A DNA stretch of 64,000 nt from Octopus sinensis. Its lineage: Eukaryota. Positions within the stretch are counted from its first letter, which is position 1. Each line of letters opens with the position of its first letter. The translations under genes were made by a program, and so were the position numbers. Of the stretch, positions 1-13,045 are shown in pieces. The notes under the pieces are model-generated. The model worked only from the letters and a program-made list of their open reading frames with translations. It did not search any database and was not told the origin of the DNA. The stretch covers positions 137,454,001 to 137,518,000 of the forward strand of contig NC_042998.1 of the NCBI RefSeq assembly GCF_006345805.1, given 5' to 3'.

Positions 1-209
1 TCATTGTTATTATTATTATTACTATCATCAACATCATTATCATTACTATTACTACTACTATTTTGCGTTGTCTGAGTTACTGGCATGGTAACCAAGGCCT
101 TGTTATTTATAATTTTTGTCAGTACACTCATTCTCATCGGATCGATTGCTAAGGAAACCAAAACTCCTACTTCTTCTTCTGCTGGTGGAGGTTTATTGTC
201 AGGTTCCAT
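1..209 (-). CDS. Candidate 5' coding exon of an unidentified host gene, open to the window edge (MEPDNKPPPAEEEVGVLVSLAIDPMRMSVLTKIINNKALVTMPVTQTTQNSSSNSNDNDVDDSNNNNNN...)
   Basis: Manually translated: ATG at 209-207, 69 codons with no stop before position 1, in-frame TGA upstream at 242-240. Candidate acceptor (pyrimidine tract + CAG) at 416-414. Absent from the ORF track because it has no stop in the window. Product not recognised. Confidence 0.45.
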   Translation of the reverse strand, partial: MEPDNKPPPAEEEVGVLVSLAIDPMRMSVLTKIINNKALVTMPVTQTTQNSSSNSNDNDVDDSNNNNNN

Positions 210-1214
210 AAAATTTCTAGCCAAAGTGGAATGCCCAAGTCAATGTATCAGATAGTTTTTCATCAATGGCTGACTAGTTTTACAATAATAGTTTACAATA
301 ACTGAACTAACTGGAGGTGTTAGTTACTCAAACACAAGGATGATCATTTTATCTGTTTCCTATCATAATGTCCATTTTTATCTCATTGTGTTCTATATGA
401 TTTATGAGAATGACTGAGAATAGTGTAGAATTTGTTTTAAAGTAAGAAGAGAAAATAAGCATCAGAGTTGTCTTTCAGCATAGAACAGTGACTTGCAGAT
501 TGTAGAACTGCATATAATCTTTACTTCAGGGTTTTATAGTGAGGAATAACATGTTATTGATGATGAGCTTCAGATTAGATATTATAGATGAATACCAGTC
601 TGTCTGTCTGTCTATTTGTTTGTTTTTTTTTTCGTTTGTTTGTTTGTTTATGTTAATATTTCGCTTATGCATTGTGATGCTAAAAACCTGGTGTTAGAAT
701 TCAATCTACATATGCTTCAGTACAAAGTACAGAGCTGTAATAAGAGATTGAAATGACAAAGGAATAAATACTTACATTATGAACTTCATTAGCTTACAGT
801 TGTTTCTGCTATAAGATCCAATGCATTCATTGTTGAGTGCTTGAGTATCTGGAGCCTCAAACATGAAGTGCACCCCAATTTCTTAACTCTCTCTCTCTCT
901 CTCTTCCCCTCTCTCTCTCTTCCTCTCTCCTCTCCCCTCTCTCATATACATACGTACATATATATATAATTTCTTTTTCTGTCACTTCATGTCAACTTTC
1001 CCCTACATGAATAGGTCAGACAGAATTTATTGAGGCAGGTTTTTGTATGGGTGGATGCCTTTCCTTTCACCAACCCTTGCCTTTTAAAAAGCAATGTAAT
1101 ATTTCCCAATGCCCAGATATGTTTCCAGCAGAAGAGTAAAAATGAAGAACACCACTCTTTTGATAGTTATACTGATTTATAGGCATCATATAATGAAAAA
1201 ACAAGGGTACACAC

Positions 1215-1540
1215 ACACACACATGCATACATATGATGGGCTTTTTTCCATTTCCATCTACTAAATCCACTCACAAGGCTTTGGTTGCCCTGAGGCTGTA
1301 AAGTAGAAGACACTTGCCCTAGGTGCCACTCAATGGGACTAAACCCAAGTGGACATGGTTGGGAAGCAAGCTTCTCAAACACACAACGATGGCTGTTTAC
1401 CTTTTATCTTTTATTTGTTTCAGTCATTAGAATGTTATTCTATCAATCTCTTTTGCCAAACCACAAAGTTATGGGGACGTAAACACACCAACACTGGTTG
1501 TCAAGTGGTGGTAGGAGAAAAACCAAGACACACACACACA
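1215..1540 (-). mobile_element. tRNA-derived SINE family A, two fragments (5' half and 3' half)
   Basis: Reverse complement of the consensus 'ccttgggcaagtgtcttctactatagcc...gccttgtgagtggatttggtagacggaaactgaaagaagcc' and of the 3' end 'gactgaaacaagtaaaag' seen in many copies in this window. Confidence 0.75.
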
Positions 1541-2744
1541 TAGGTTATGTTTAAAATCAAAGTTTAGATAGGAGACTTTAAAATATAGTATCCAAACCTT
1601 GTTTTTAGTATGTCCCTAGTAGTGTGCCTTGAGAGCATGTTCACCACTTACAGCTACCAGGCGTCATCCACAGTACTGCACTTTAGTTGCAGGTTCTACA
1701 TAAGGAATTCCTTGGTGCACATTTAGTATATTTTAAATAAGTGATAAGGAAGACGAATGCTTATAGTACACTCTGTCTTCCCTATCAATTATTTAAAACA
1801 CACACACAATGGGCTTCTTTAAATTTCTGTCTACCAAATCCACTCACAAAGCTTTGGTCAGCCTGAGGCAATAGTAGAAGATATTTGCCCAAGGTGTCAT
1901 GCAGTGGGATTGAACTCGGAATCATATGGTTGGGAAGTGTGTGTGTGTGTGTGTGGTTGTCTTGATGTTGTGTAATAGTTGTAAACAACCATCACCATCA
2001 TACAAGTGGTGTGTTCATCTTTAATCTTTTATGAAAACATGTTCAGCCATGGAGAAATATTACTTTGCCTGGAAAGTTGGAGAGTAGAGTCAATAAGTTA
2101 CAGATCTCACTACAATTAGTGATTCAGTCACATTGGGGATATAGTCTAGTATTAATCCCAACTTTCTTTTTCCTTTTTTCCTCTTGCTTGTTATAGTCAT
2201 TGGACTGCAGTCATACAGAGGCACCACATTGAAAAGTTTAGTTGAACAAATCACCCCCAGTACTAATTTTTAGGTCTGGTACTTATTCCTTTGGTTTCTT
2301 TTGCTGAACTGCTAAGTTAAAGTGACAAAAACAAACTGACACCAATTGTCAAGCAGTTGGGTGGGGGCATATACAAAAACACATACATTATGGGCTTCCA
2401 CACAGTTTCCATCTGCCAAATTCACTCACAAAATTTGTTGGCCGAGATCTTGCTGTGGGACTGAACCCAAAACAACATCGCAAAGTAAGCTTCATAACTA
2501 CTCAGCTGTACCTCTGCCTATTGAAGACGTTCATTAAAAGAATGCTCGTTAATTAGGTGAATAACTTTCTTTTGTGTGATATAAGCTTGTATTATTTTGC
2601 TAATGTTAATTTTTCTGTTGAAGAAATCACTGAACATGAATTGTCTGATCTGTTTTTCTCTGTACACTACATAATGATTGTAAAATGAATTATTTGAAGA
2701 TTGTCAAAGTAGTTAGAAACTGAAGGGATTAAATAATTGCTCCT

Positions 2745-3525
2745 TGTTTCTAATATAGGCACAAGGCCAGCACCTTTGCAGGAAGCAGGCAAGTCAATTA
2801 CATTAATCCCAGTACTTGTCTGGTACTTTATTTTATTGACTCTGGATGGATGGAAGGCAAAGTTTGACCTCAAATGGATTTGAACTCAGAATGTAAAGAG
2901 CTAGAATAAATACCACAAAGCATTTTGTCTGACATTGTAACAATTCTAGCATACCACCACCCTCAAATATTTGAGTGAGACCTCTGAAGACCAAAGAGGT
3001 GAAAGATGCTGTGCCAACAGCAGTCAAACAATGGGTCAGTTTATCATAAGAAGTAGGTGATAGCTTTAACTAAAGGAGCTGGATCCATCATTGTTGAAAT
3101 AATAATAATGATAATCCTTTCTACTAGGTCTGAAATTTTAGGAGAGACGATTAATCAATTACACCAACCCTAGTATGCAACTGATACTTATTTCATCAAC
3201 CCCAAAAGGATAAAAGGTAAAGAAGTCTGCCTTGGCAGAATTTTAACCCAGAGTATAACAACAGATGAGATGCTGCTAAGCATTTTGTCCAGTGTGCTAA
3301 TGGCTCTGTTCACTCACCACCTTAATAATAATAATAATAATAATTGTTTCTAATACAAGCACATGGCCAATAACTTTGAGAAGAAGGTTCTAGACAATTA
3401 CACTGATCCCCAGTATTTGACAGCTACTTTAATTTTTATTAACTCCTGAAGGATGAAAGACAAAGTCAACCTCAGCAGAATTTGCATTCAAAACATTAAG
3501 CGCTGGAGAAGTGTTTTGTCCAACA
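2745..3525 (-). mobile_element. Cluster of decayed SINE family B copies
   Basis: Three copies of 'ctggtacttta ttt atcgacccc gaaaggatgaaaggcaaagtcgacct...gaatttgaactcagaa...gcattt' (reverse of the family B consensus seen on + at 40718). Confidence 0.65.
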
Positions 3526-3565
3526 ATATATAATAATAATAATTATTATTATTATTATTATTATT

Positions 3566-4118
3566 GAGTGAAAGAGCAGTGCATGCCATCAAAATGACAC
3601 TGGGGTAAAATATATGAAGCCCAGTATACCCATCATGACTATCCGTCTGATAAGGATACACCAGGCACATGCATCACAACCATATGTGTGCGACATGGTG
3701 ATCTCATATCAAGATAAGCAGTGCATGACCTTGCAGGTGGGGCCAAGTTAGAATTTTCTTCTGGTCGAGTAGCCCATCCTGCTCAAAAGGTCCCTGAACA
3801 AGGATTGTTTAAGAATGTTGAATGAACCACCCATGTTTCCAAAGGTGAATTATCCAAACCCCAAAGAATTCCTTTCAACACATGGCTATGATGCTCCCCC
3901 ACTACTTCTGCTCATGATCAGAGATGCACATATTGTCAGCCATTAAGGGACATGGTCAACTGGTTAAGGTCAAACAACTGACAAGCAAATCTGTGGTATT
4001 GAGCAGAATATTTGCTGTAGCCCATCTTTTATATCAAGACAAAACAATGTACATGATAACACTCCCAATCAGTTAAGATAGGAAGCCATGAGAGCCACTG
4101 CCTGGTACTGCATCAGGA

Positions 4119-4120
<2 letters not shown>
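3566..4120. mobile_element. ~555-bp non-coding interspersed element inserted in an (ATT)n microsatellite
   Basis: GC-richer block with sharp boundaries, flanked on both sides by (TTA)n (3541-3565 and 4121-4247). No credible ORF. Confidence 0.55.
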
Positions 4121-4150
<30 letters not shown>

Positions 4151-4247
4151 GTTGTTGTTGTTATTGTTATTATTATTATTATTGTTGTTGTTGTTATTGT
4201 TATTATTATTATTATTATTATTGTTATTATTATTATTATTATTATTA
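4121..4247. repeat. (TTA)n/(TTG)n compound microsatellite
   Basis: Seen directly in the sequence. Confidence 0.95.
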
Positions 4248-5076
4248 TGGGTACAAGACCTAAAATGTTGATGCTCAACTGGTATTATTTTATCAATCTT
4301 GAGAGGATGAAAGCAGTCGACCTCAGCAAGCATAAAGACAGATGAAATACTGCTAATTATTTTGTCCCATGTGCCAACAATTTTACCAGCTCACCACTTG
4401 TTTACAGCTCAATGAACCAGAACAGATACCACAAGCCAACTTGTTTGACATGATGATGACTCTACCTGGTCAGAGGAATGAAAGACAAACTTGACCTCAG
4501 TGAAACTTAAACTCAGAGTATAACTACATACCTAAAGAGTCTGAAGGCAGTAGGGTAGCAGAAAGTGTGTAATATATTATCTTGATCCTATTTTGATGTT
4601 CCTAGCCCACTGCATTTGACTTTGTCAGTCGTCTTACCATGGTCTGTCAAAAACAGCCAAGTGCTGGAATCAAATTATGTCAGTCACACTTCTGCCTGAA
4701 AATGTATGGCACTGTGCCAAAATAAGAAATCTAATAAATTTCCACACTGGCAAAATGTCACAAAATGTATATAATGGTTTATAAGCCTGGCAGATGGCCA
4801 CAAATCTAGAATGAGTGATGAGATGGGGGAGGTCTGCTTAATTGAATTAAACTCAATATCTTAGTATTTATAGAATGTACTCTGGAATGATAAACAGCAA
4901 AGTTGACACTGGTGAGATATGAATTCCAAATGTGAAGACTTATAAATATAATTGCAGAGTATTTTCTCTGGAGCTCTGTTTCTGCCACCCCACTTCTTTA
5001 ATAATAATACTAACAAACAGGATTACCTTACATAGGATTAAAGGTTTAATAAATTTTGATTAAAATGATACAGGAT

Positions 5077-5328
5077 TCTACAGTTCTATATTTAAGAGAT
5101 GAGGAATTATGTACATTATTTACATTCGACGGATATTTGTCCTCATCTTGTTTATTGTTAATAATAATAATAATGATAATAATAATAATAACACCGAAAA
5201 ATACCTTAGGAATGAGAACCCAGGTTCGAAATTTCCCCAAGACACTTGAAGCAGGCTGGAGAATATATCAGCCGAAACATTGTGTTAACAACAAACAAGA
5301 TGAGGATAAATATCCATTGAATGTAAAT
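5077..5328. mobile_element. Short palindromic non-autonomous Penelope pLTR derivative (inverted tail + (AAT)n + plus-strand pLTR with decayed HHR)
   Basis: Matches 24835-24994. Arms are inverted. Perfect 13-bp flanking direct repeat AATGATACAGGAT at 5064-5076 and 5329-5341 (TSD). Confidence 0.85.
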
Positions 5329-5474
5329 AATGATACAGGATAGTTGAACTAGATTTAAACGGATTTTAAGTTTGTAAATTTACTCCCTATACTTAGGAGG
5401 ATCAGCATGTGATTACCAAGTGAGTGGTAAGAAAATATATTCTCCCTATATTTAGTGTAATGTTGGGCTTGTGA

Positions 5475-6172
5475 CAATGAAAAGCATGGGTATGAAACAG
5501 TGGCAATGAAAAATTTGGTTACAACATATTGGCATTGAAATATTAGACTTGAGGTTTTGGCAGTAAAAAATTTGACTTTGACATATTGATAATGAAAAAT
5601 TTGGCTATTAGGTGCTGGCAATAAAATACTGACTGTGAGGTATTGGTGAAGAAAAACTTGGCTATGAAGTGTTGGTAGTAATGAAAATCTTGGCTATGAA
5701 GTGTTGGTAATGAAAATCTTGGCTATGAGGTGTTGGCTATGAAAAACTTGGCCATGTGGTATTGGCAATGAAATATTAGGTATGAGGTTTTGACAATGTA
5801 AAACTTGGGTATTGTGCATTGACAATGAAAAACTTGGCTATGAAGTGTTGGCAATGAAAAGTTAGGTTATGACTTGTTGGCAATCAAATATTAGCTCTGA
5901 GGTGTTGGCAGTGAGGATTGGCAATGGAAAATGTTACTATGAGGTGTTGGCAATGAAACAGTGGCTATTTGGTATTCGTAGTGAAAAACATTGATTCTAA
6001 AATGTTGGCAATGAAATATTGGCCATAAGGTGTTGGCTATGAAAAACTTGACTATGAGGATTTTGGGAAGGAAACATTGGCTATGAGGTGTTAGCAATAA
6101 AGCATTAGCTATGAGGTATTGCCTATGGAATATTGACTGTGAGGTGTCAGCCATGAAGTTTTGGCAATAAAA
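5475..6172. repeat. Degenerate ~29-bp minisatellite (TGGCAATGAAAAACTTGGCTATGAGGTGT), roughly 20-25 units
   Basis: Recurrent TGGC(A/T)ATGA about every 14-15 nt; the unit is a dimer of two related subunits. Confidence 0.85.
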
Positions 6173-7676
6173 AGCTTTCCAGCCATAGAAGCCAAGCCAA
6201 AGTAGATGATGGAGCATAAAATGCATTCTTTGTACCCATTGGACCCTGTCAAATAATTTAATCAATGCCAGTATAATACCAGGACATTAAATGATTATGA
6301 GGAGGATAACCTTGAAAATAGTATGCATGCCACAAATTCCCTTTATCCATTCAAATCATCTCTCTCTCTCTCTTTCTATCTCTCTCCCCTATGCCTTAAA
6401 AATTATTTTCATTAGCATCTTCATTTTTATATTTGAAAATTACAATATTCAAGTAAAGTATCTAGCACATAGATTAGATATTCCTCTGTTGAGGAAGACA
6501 GATTGATAAAATATTGAGGCATGACATCTTTGATATACTGCTTTGTATACATATATCACAGTGTTTGAGTCTTAGCTGAATAAGTAGCGATACTACAAGG
6601 TAAGAGTGCTCTACGAGCCATTATATGGGTTGTAAAGAACACTGTTATTTGCAGAAATACTATACAATTTATGTGCATTTTATTAGTTGAAATCCACCTA
6701 CGAGTATCACTAGGAGAGATTTTTGCTCCATATACCTGATTTTGCTAGATACATAATCTGATGATAAAGGCTTTCTGTGGCATTTCAAAAAGCCAATGGA
6801 TTATGCAACTAACTTAGCATAGTTCTTTCTAACAAAGGTATAAAACATTAAATTTGGGCAAAGGAATTAATTGAACTGACCTTAGAACTTGACATGTACT
6901 TTATTTTATAAGCCCTGAAAGGATGAAAGTCAAGGATGACGTCAATAGTATTTGAACCTGGAATATAAGTAGCTCAAAGAAATACCACAAGGCATTGTCT
7001 GGTGTACTTACAATTCTGACAATCCACTGCCCTTGGACTAACCTAGCATAATGTAGCAATACTGTGGTGAATTACAATGTAGTTGTTGGAGGTTCCAAAT
7101 ATTTGCATGCTGCAAACGATTATTAGTTCTTGTCTCAACGCAATATGTAATTTAATTTTCTGTATATCTGAGAAGACTTCCTGTCTAATTCAGAAATAAT
7201 AATCATTCATTAGTGTTGTTGTCAAGCAAATCATCTTTTGTTTTGTCTTCTGTTGGTCAGACTGCTGTAGATTTAATAATTCGTTGTGTCTACTTCCTTA
7301 TGAATTATCTGCAACTAGATATCTGTATTTTTATTATATTTAAACATGTTCCTTGATTTTTATATCGTGGCAGGCATGGCTGTATGGTTAAGAAATTTGC
7401 TTTGAAACCTTATGGTTAGGAGTTTGGTTTCACTGTGTGAATGTTGTCAGCTAACATTCTATACTATAGTCACAGCTCAACCAATACCTTGTGAGTGAAA
7501 CTGGTAAACAGAATCTAAAGCCTGTCATAATCTTACCTTATCTAACAACTGTTAGATCTTACTCTAATAACTTCACTGGAAAGCATGTTACACCCTATCC
7601 TTAGAGGAATTCTGCTTAGTACCCAGGAGAAAGGTACTGTAAAATTGTTGATCATTTTCTTGATAATCTTCTCTAA

Positions 7677-8066
7677 CCTATCTTTTATCTTTTACTTGTT
7701 TCAGTCATTTGACTGCAGCCATGCTGGGGTACTGCCTTGAAGGGTTTTAGTCGAACAAATCGACCCTAGGACTTATTTTTTTGAAGCCTAGCATTTATTC
7801 TGTCGAACTCTTTTGCTGAACTGCTAAGTTAAGGGGATGTAAACACACCACTACCAGTTGTCAAGGCAGTGGTGGGGGACAAACACACACACACACATAT
7901 GTATGATGAGCTTCTTTCAGTTTCCCCTCTAAATCCACTCACAAGGCTTCAGTCAGCCTGAGGCTATAGTAGATGACACTTGCCCAAAGTGCTATGCAGT
8001 GGAACTGAACATGGAACCAGGTGGTTGAGAAGCAAGCGTCTTACCACACAGCCATGCCTGCACCTA
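7677..8066 (-). mobile_element. Full-length SINE family A
   Basis: Head 'ggcatggctgtgtggtaaga' (A box) and 'ggttcagttcc' (B-box-like), central (CA)n, 3' end 'gactgaaacaagtaaaagataaaaga'. Confidence 0.85.
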
Positions 8067-8724
8067 TACATATTTATCCTACCCAGTTATTTGTATTTGG
8101 TACTCTTCCCCATTATCCTTCTCAAATCCTCATCTACAATATTTAAATCCCCCATATAAGTATGTCCCTCACCACTGTAGCAGAATTCAGACTTAGTGTA
8201 ATCACAGTCACCAAGGCAAATCATTCTGAAGCTTTCCAAATTAATGTTTAACAAGCACTATAATTAAACAATCTATCACCTACAGTATGATCTAGTTTAT
8301 AGCTAATGTTACCCTTTACCATATATATATGTATACTTAACTGGCAAAAGAACCTGTCTTGTTATTACTAATGATAGGCATTATCATGTATTCTACCTTG
8401 ACTTTGTCTTTTTCCTGGTTGTTTTAAAAAATTCATTTGAAAAACATTGATTTAAAAAAAAAGCCTAACTCTGTTAAATCTCTATTGCATCTATCCTAGA
8501 GTTTATAAGTATGGAAAGAGAACACAATCTTATGTGAAGTTTTCAAATCATTGTTTTCTAGGCCTGTCCCAAATTAGATATTTGCATCTAGTTACATACT
8601 CCTATTTAATCTTCTATTGTAGCTACATTGTCTTCTTAATATCAGCTATGAAAAATGTACATTGCCTGCTTGGTTTTCTCCCAATGTGTTACCAAAATCT
8701 AAAACCCTATTAGTCATATCTAGT

Positions 8725-9050
8725 GGATGAATACTAGAGTACACTAATCCAAAAATTCTCCTTCTCCAGAAGTGATTTCCTGTTTGTTTGTTTTTTTTTT
8801 TTTTTGGTTTTTTTTTTACTCTTTATCTTCTACCTGATCAATAACTTGTATTCTACAGTTTTCAAACCCAGAACTATGCTCCCTGAAATGTTTATAAATG
8901 TATTGATTCTTGCTAAGTTTAAACACCTCTTTATATCCATTAAGATGTTGGTGTAATGTCTGAGTAGTTTGTTCTACATATTGCCTACCACTCCTTACAA
9001 TATATAAAATAAACATTATGAAACATACAAGTAACAAATAATACACTGTA
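8725..9050 (-). pseudogene. GIY-YIG endonuclease remnant of a Penelope-like element
   Basis: ORF 8816..9046 'GRQYVEQTTQTLHQHLNGY...IYKHFREH...IQVIDQ', continuing as 'LLEKENFWISVL'. Matches PLE GIY-YIG motifs (YVGxTxxxLxxRxxxH...ExxWI). Confidence 0.7.
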
Positions 9051-9445
9051 AATATTAAACTTTTTGCCTAATCCACAATACAAACTGTTATACCCTTTGC
9101 CTGCATTTGCCAACAACATAATTGTACCGATTTTCAGATAAGTATTTTTTTTTTTTCTTTAGTATTTATAGAGCCTAGAATTTTTAAAGCAGCTCTTTTT
9201 GATGACATATAACCCACTCAAACAGGCTCAAACCAGAGAGAAGCAGCTAGCTGCCAGATAATGTCTAACAAGAAGCTGCCTCATCTAATTGATGTTTCCT
9301 GGTATAATTTCATTAATACTGAGATTCCCATTTACAATAACAATATCAGACTGTTCAGTTCATAGCTTTTCCAAACCTTATAACAAGATCGAAATTACCA
9401 GCAATATTGCTTAAATAATAGTGTTGGCTCCACCCTTTCAATTAA

Positions 9446-9663
9446 CCCTTTTGATACCAACCTGCCTGGGATGCCCTGCATCTATGATTTAAACTTTCTG
9501 CTTTAAAGTTAAATAAAAAATTTCAAGAAACTTAAAAATTTAAATCTTGCATCAAAATTTCATTTTATGTTCCATACAGTAATTTTACTAAATTCTTTAG
9601 GATTTTCAAACTTAATTGAAACTAAAGCAATGTATTTCATTGGAAATATGGTAACAAAAAGTG
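9446..9663. mobile_element. piggyBac-like MITE
   Basis: TTAA on both flanks (9442-45, 9664-67), termini CCCTTTTG...CAAAAAGTG. Same family at 60977-61196 in the opposite orientation. Confidence 0.6.
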
Positions 9664-11667
9664 TTAAAAAACAAATGACTAATGATATCCTCTCCCTGTT
9701 CTTTTATCTTGACAACCTCACTGGTGTCAGTGGCACAAGAAAAGCACCCAGCATACACTATAAAGTGGTTGGCATTAGGAAGGCTATCTTGCTGTAAAAG
9801 TTGACATTGGAGCACCACATGGCTCTAGGACTCACTGAATCCTGTCAAACCATTGAACCCATGCCAGCATGAAAAGTAGACATTAAATGATGATATATAT
9901 AGCTATCACTGTATCGACCAAACTATCAGATGTTGTTGTACATCATTGGTTGCAATGTGTTTCCTTGCATCCTTGTAGCTTTCAAATGAAGGCACCCAGT
10001 GGGCTAGATGGGATGGCCAACATTTCCTCTGAACAAAATGTCAATCCTTTGCAAGGTTACACATTTACTGCTGAACAGACTGGGGTAATGTGATATGAAG
10101 TGCTTTTCACAAGAACACAATGCACAGCGAGTCTGGAAATTGAAACCACAATCTTGCAACTATGAGTGGAACTCTCTAACCACTAGGTCAGGCACCTTCA
10201 CATACTATGTTTCTCTGTTCCCACTTACTTCTACTGACCTTGTAATTTGAGGTGGAGACACCCGGACACCTCATCATGACTATTTATCTCTTTGTAGCTA
10301 ATACTTATTCATTCATTCTCTCTCCATCCCTCCCTCTCTCTCTCTCTCTCCTTTAAATGTAAATAGCCATATAGCTCCTCTTCAACAAGAACCTGTACTG
10401 TACCTATTTCTCCCCATTTCCTAGCATAAAACTTGCCTCCTTCCTTTGGGTTTTGTAGTCTTGCAGGCTGCATTACAACCTCACTAATGCTGGTGGCAAG
10501 AAAAAGCACCCAGTACACATTGTAATGTGGTTAGCATTATGAAGGACATCCAGCCATTGAAACCATGCCAATGCAGACACTGGAGAACAATAACAGTTCT
10601 TGGATGCATTGGATCCTGTCTAACCCATACTAGGATGGAACATGGACACTAAATGATGATGATGTGTGTGTGTGCATGCATGTTTATATGATTCATATTT
10701 TCTCCTTGTTTTATATGTGTTTGTTGCATGTTAAAACAACAGCCTGATTATCAAATACAGACAGTTGTGTATGTGCTTTCAGTGACCCACATAAATCTTA
10801 CATACATAACTGGCATAATATAGAGTGATAGAAAGAGAGGAAGGGGAGAATTAGAGGTTAGTTACAAGGAGTTGAAATGCTAGAAAGAAAAAATATATTC
10901 TTTAAAGATGGATGTAAAAGTGATTGCTTGCCTTCAGCTCTTATTTTTGTCATTCTTTCTCATTGTCTCACCATTTGTCCAGCTCTATATCATAATACAA
11001 CTACCTATAGGATATTTATAGCTGCCACAAAACAACTACTGCAATACTTTGTAACAGAGGACAAAAAAAATTAGGATTATATTATTCAATGAGCTTAATA
11101 TTATGATGAATTTAAGTTTGTTTCCCAGTCAGGTGGTTCCAGGTTCAGTCCCATTGTGTGCCCAGGCAACCAAAGCTTTGTGAATGGATTTGGGATGTGG
11201 AACCTGAAAGGAATTCATTGTGTGTGTGTGTGTGTGTCTTTGCGTTTGGCCCCACTTGACAACCAATGTTGGTTTGTTTACATCACTGTAATTATCAGTT
11301 CAGCAAAATAAGTACTTGGATCAATTCATTCAACTAGAACCCTTCAATATCCCAGCATAGCCACAGTTTGGTACTAAAACAAGTGAAAGATTGATGGGAG
11401 TGCAGCCCTCACCTAATACACCCAGAAAATACTCCTCTATGACATTCTCAGAAAAAGATGAAGGCTGAAATCAACATTAGCAGTCATTATTTTATCCAAT
11501 TTATTCAACATCTGGCTTAGCAAGGGTTCACTACACTTTTATCATTGTCTAGGCTATATCATCTGTTATATGCCTTTAATATTTCTTTTACTCTTCTCTT
11601 CAACCAGTGTTTTCCCATACTTATATAGCTTATATAGTTTCATCATTTCTGTTCTCTACATATTTCT

Positions 11668-11860
11668 ATCATCATTTAACATCCATTGTCCATACTGGCA
11701 TGGGTTGGATGGTCTGACCAGAGCTGGCAAAATGGGGAACTGCACCAGACTTCAGTCTGATTTGGCATGGTTTCTGCGACTGGATACCCTTCCTAATGCC
11801 AGCCACTTTACATGACACTGCATGAGTGCTTTTATATGTCACTGCCACAGGTGCTTTTCT
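11668..11860 (-). mobile_element. 3' tail fragment of RTE LINE ((GAT)n tail)
   Basis: 'atcatcatttaacatccattgtccatactggcatgggttggatgg...ggatacccttcctaatgcc' matches the 3' end of the RTE copies at 33.8 and 38.9 kb. Similar tails at 9715-9895, 10455-10665, 30812-31010, 32285-32430, 35555-35797, 55740-55940. Confidence 0.75.
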
Positions 11861-12719
11861 ATGTATTTAGATATATCAAACTGTTTCATAATTTCCTTTA
11901 TAAACTTCTTATATCAGTTAGGGCTTTTTTTGTTTTATCAAGTTTTATAGCCTGTAGTTCTCTTTATCCATTAGTTCAAAATGCTTAGCAGCATTTTTTC
12001 CAGCTTCACATTCAGTGTTCAAATTCCTTTCATCGTCAATTCAGTAAGTAGGAGTATGGTCGATTATGTCAAGTTTGGTATTTCGTTGGTACTTTATTTC
12101 ATTGATTGCTGAAAGATGAAAAGCAAAGTTGACTACTGCAAGATTTGAACACAGAACATAAAGAACAAAAAAAATGTTGCAAGCCATTTTTTCCCAAAAC
12201 TCTTAGGATTCTAGCAATCAATCACCTTATAATAATCATTTCTAGCATCTGCACAAGGTCTGAAATTTGGGATAGGGGATTAGCTAAAACCAATGACCAC
12301 TTGACTGCTACTTTATCAACTATGAAAGAATGATAGGCATAGTTGACTTCGATGGGATTTGAACTCCACATTTAATATGTTTGATAAAGTACCCTTGGCA
12401 TTTTATCTGACACACTAACAATTGTAAGGTTTATAATTGTTTCTGATTTAGGCACAATGTCAGCAGTTTTGAAGGCAGGGATTAGTCAATACCATTGGCT
12501 TCAGTTCTTTGCTAGTTGTTCATTTAATCGACCCTCAAAGTATGTTAGTTAAAATTGACATTGACAGGATTTGAACACAAAACCTAAAGAGCCAGATGAA
12601 ATATCACAAGGTATTTTATCTGACACTCTATCAGTTCTGTTATTCCTCCATATAAGGTATGATAAACCAGGTTTTATGTATTATACATTTGTTTTAGTTT
12701 TTAAATTTATGACATAGTG

Positions 12720-13045
12720 TGAAGGTGCATGGCCTAGCAGTTAGGGTATTGAACTCGTGACCATGAGATTGTAGTACTAATTCCAAGACTAGTTGTGCAT
12801 TGTGTTCTTGAGCAAAACACTTCATTTGACATTGCTCCAGTCAACTCAGCTATAAATGGATTATCCTTGCAACAGATTGGCATACAAGGGTGAGATGGTG
12901 AACCGGTGGGGAAATCACCCAAACAGAGGTCCTGCAAGCAACATTTTGTATTCAGCAATCAAAAGGATGAATAATACAACCTGTACTGTGAATCCCAGCT
13001 GGTTGGGATTGGTTGTTTAACCATACCAAAGGATGATGATGATGC
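12720..13045 (+). mobile_element. tRNA-derived SINE family C
   Basis: Head 'tggcctagcagttagggtattg', body 'tgtgttcttgagcaaaacacttcattt...ctccagtcaactcagct', (GAT)n tail. Related copies at 56270-56530 (+), and on the minus strand at ~9900-10200, ~37650-37890 and ~50930-51110. Confidence 0.6.

Noticed and set aside
4069-4345. Poly-N / poly-I ORFs
   Set aside because: Translations of the (TTA)n microsatellite in several frames.
6758-6800. CTGATGA followed by a GGCTTT/AAAGCC stem as an HHR (likewise CTGATGA at 22318)
   Set aside because: No GAAA/NUH half of the core follows.
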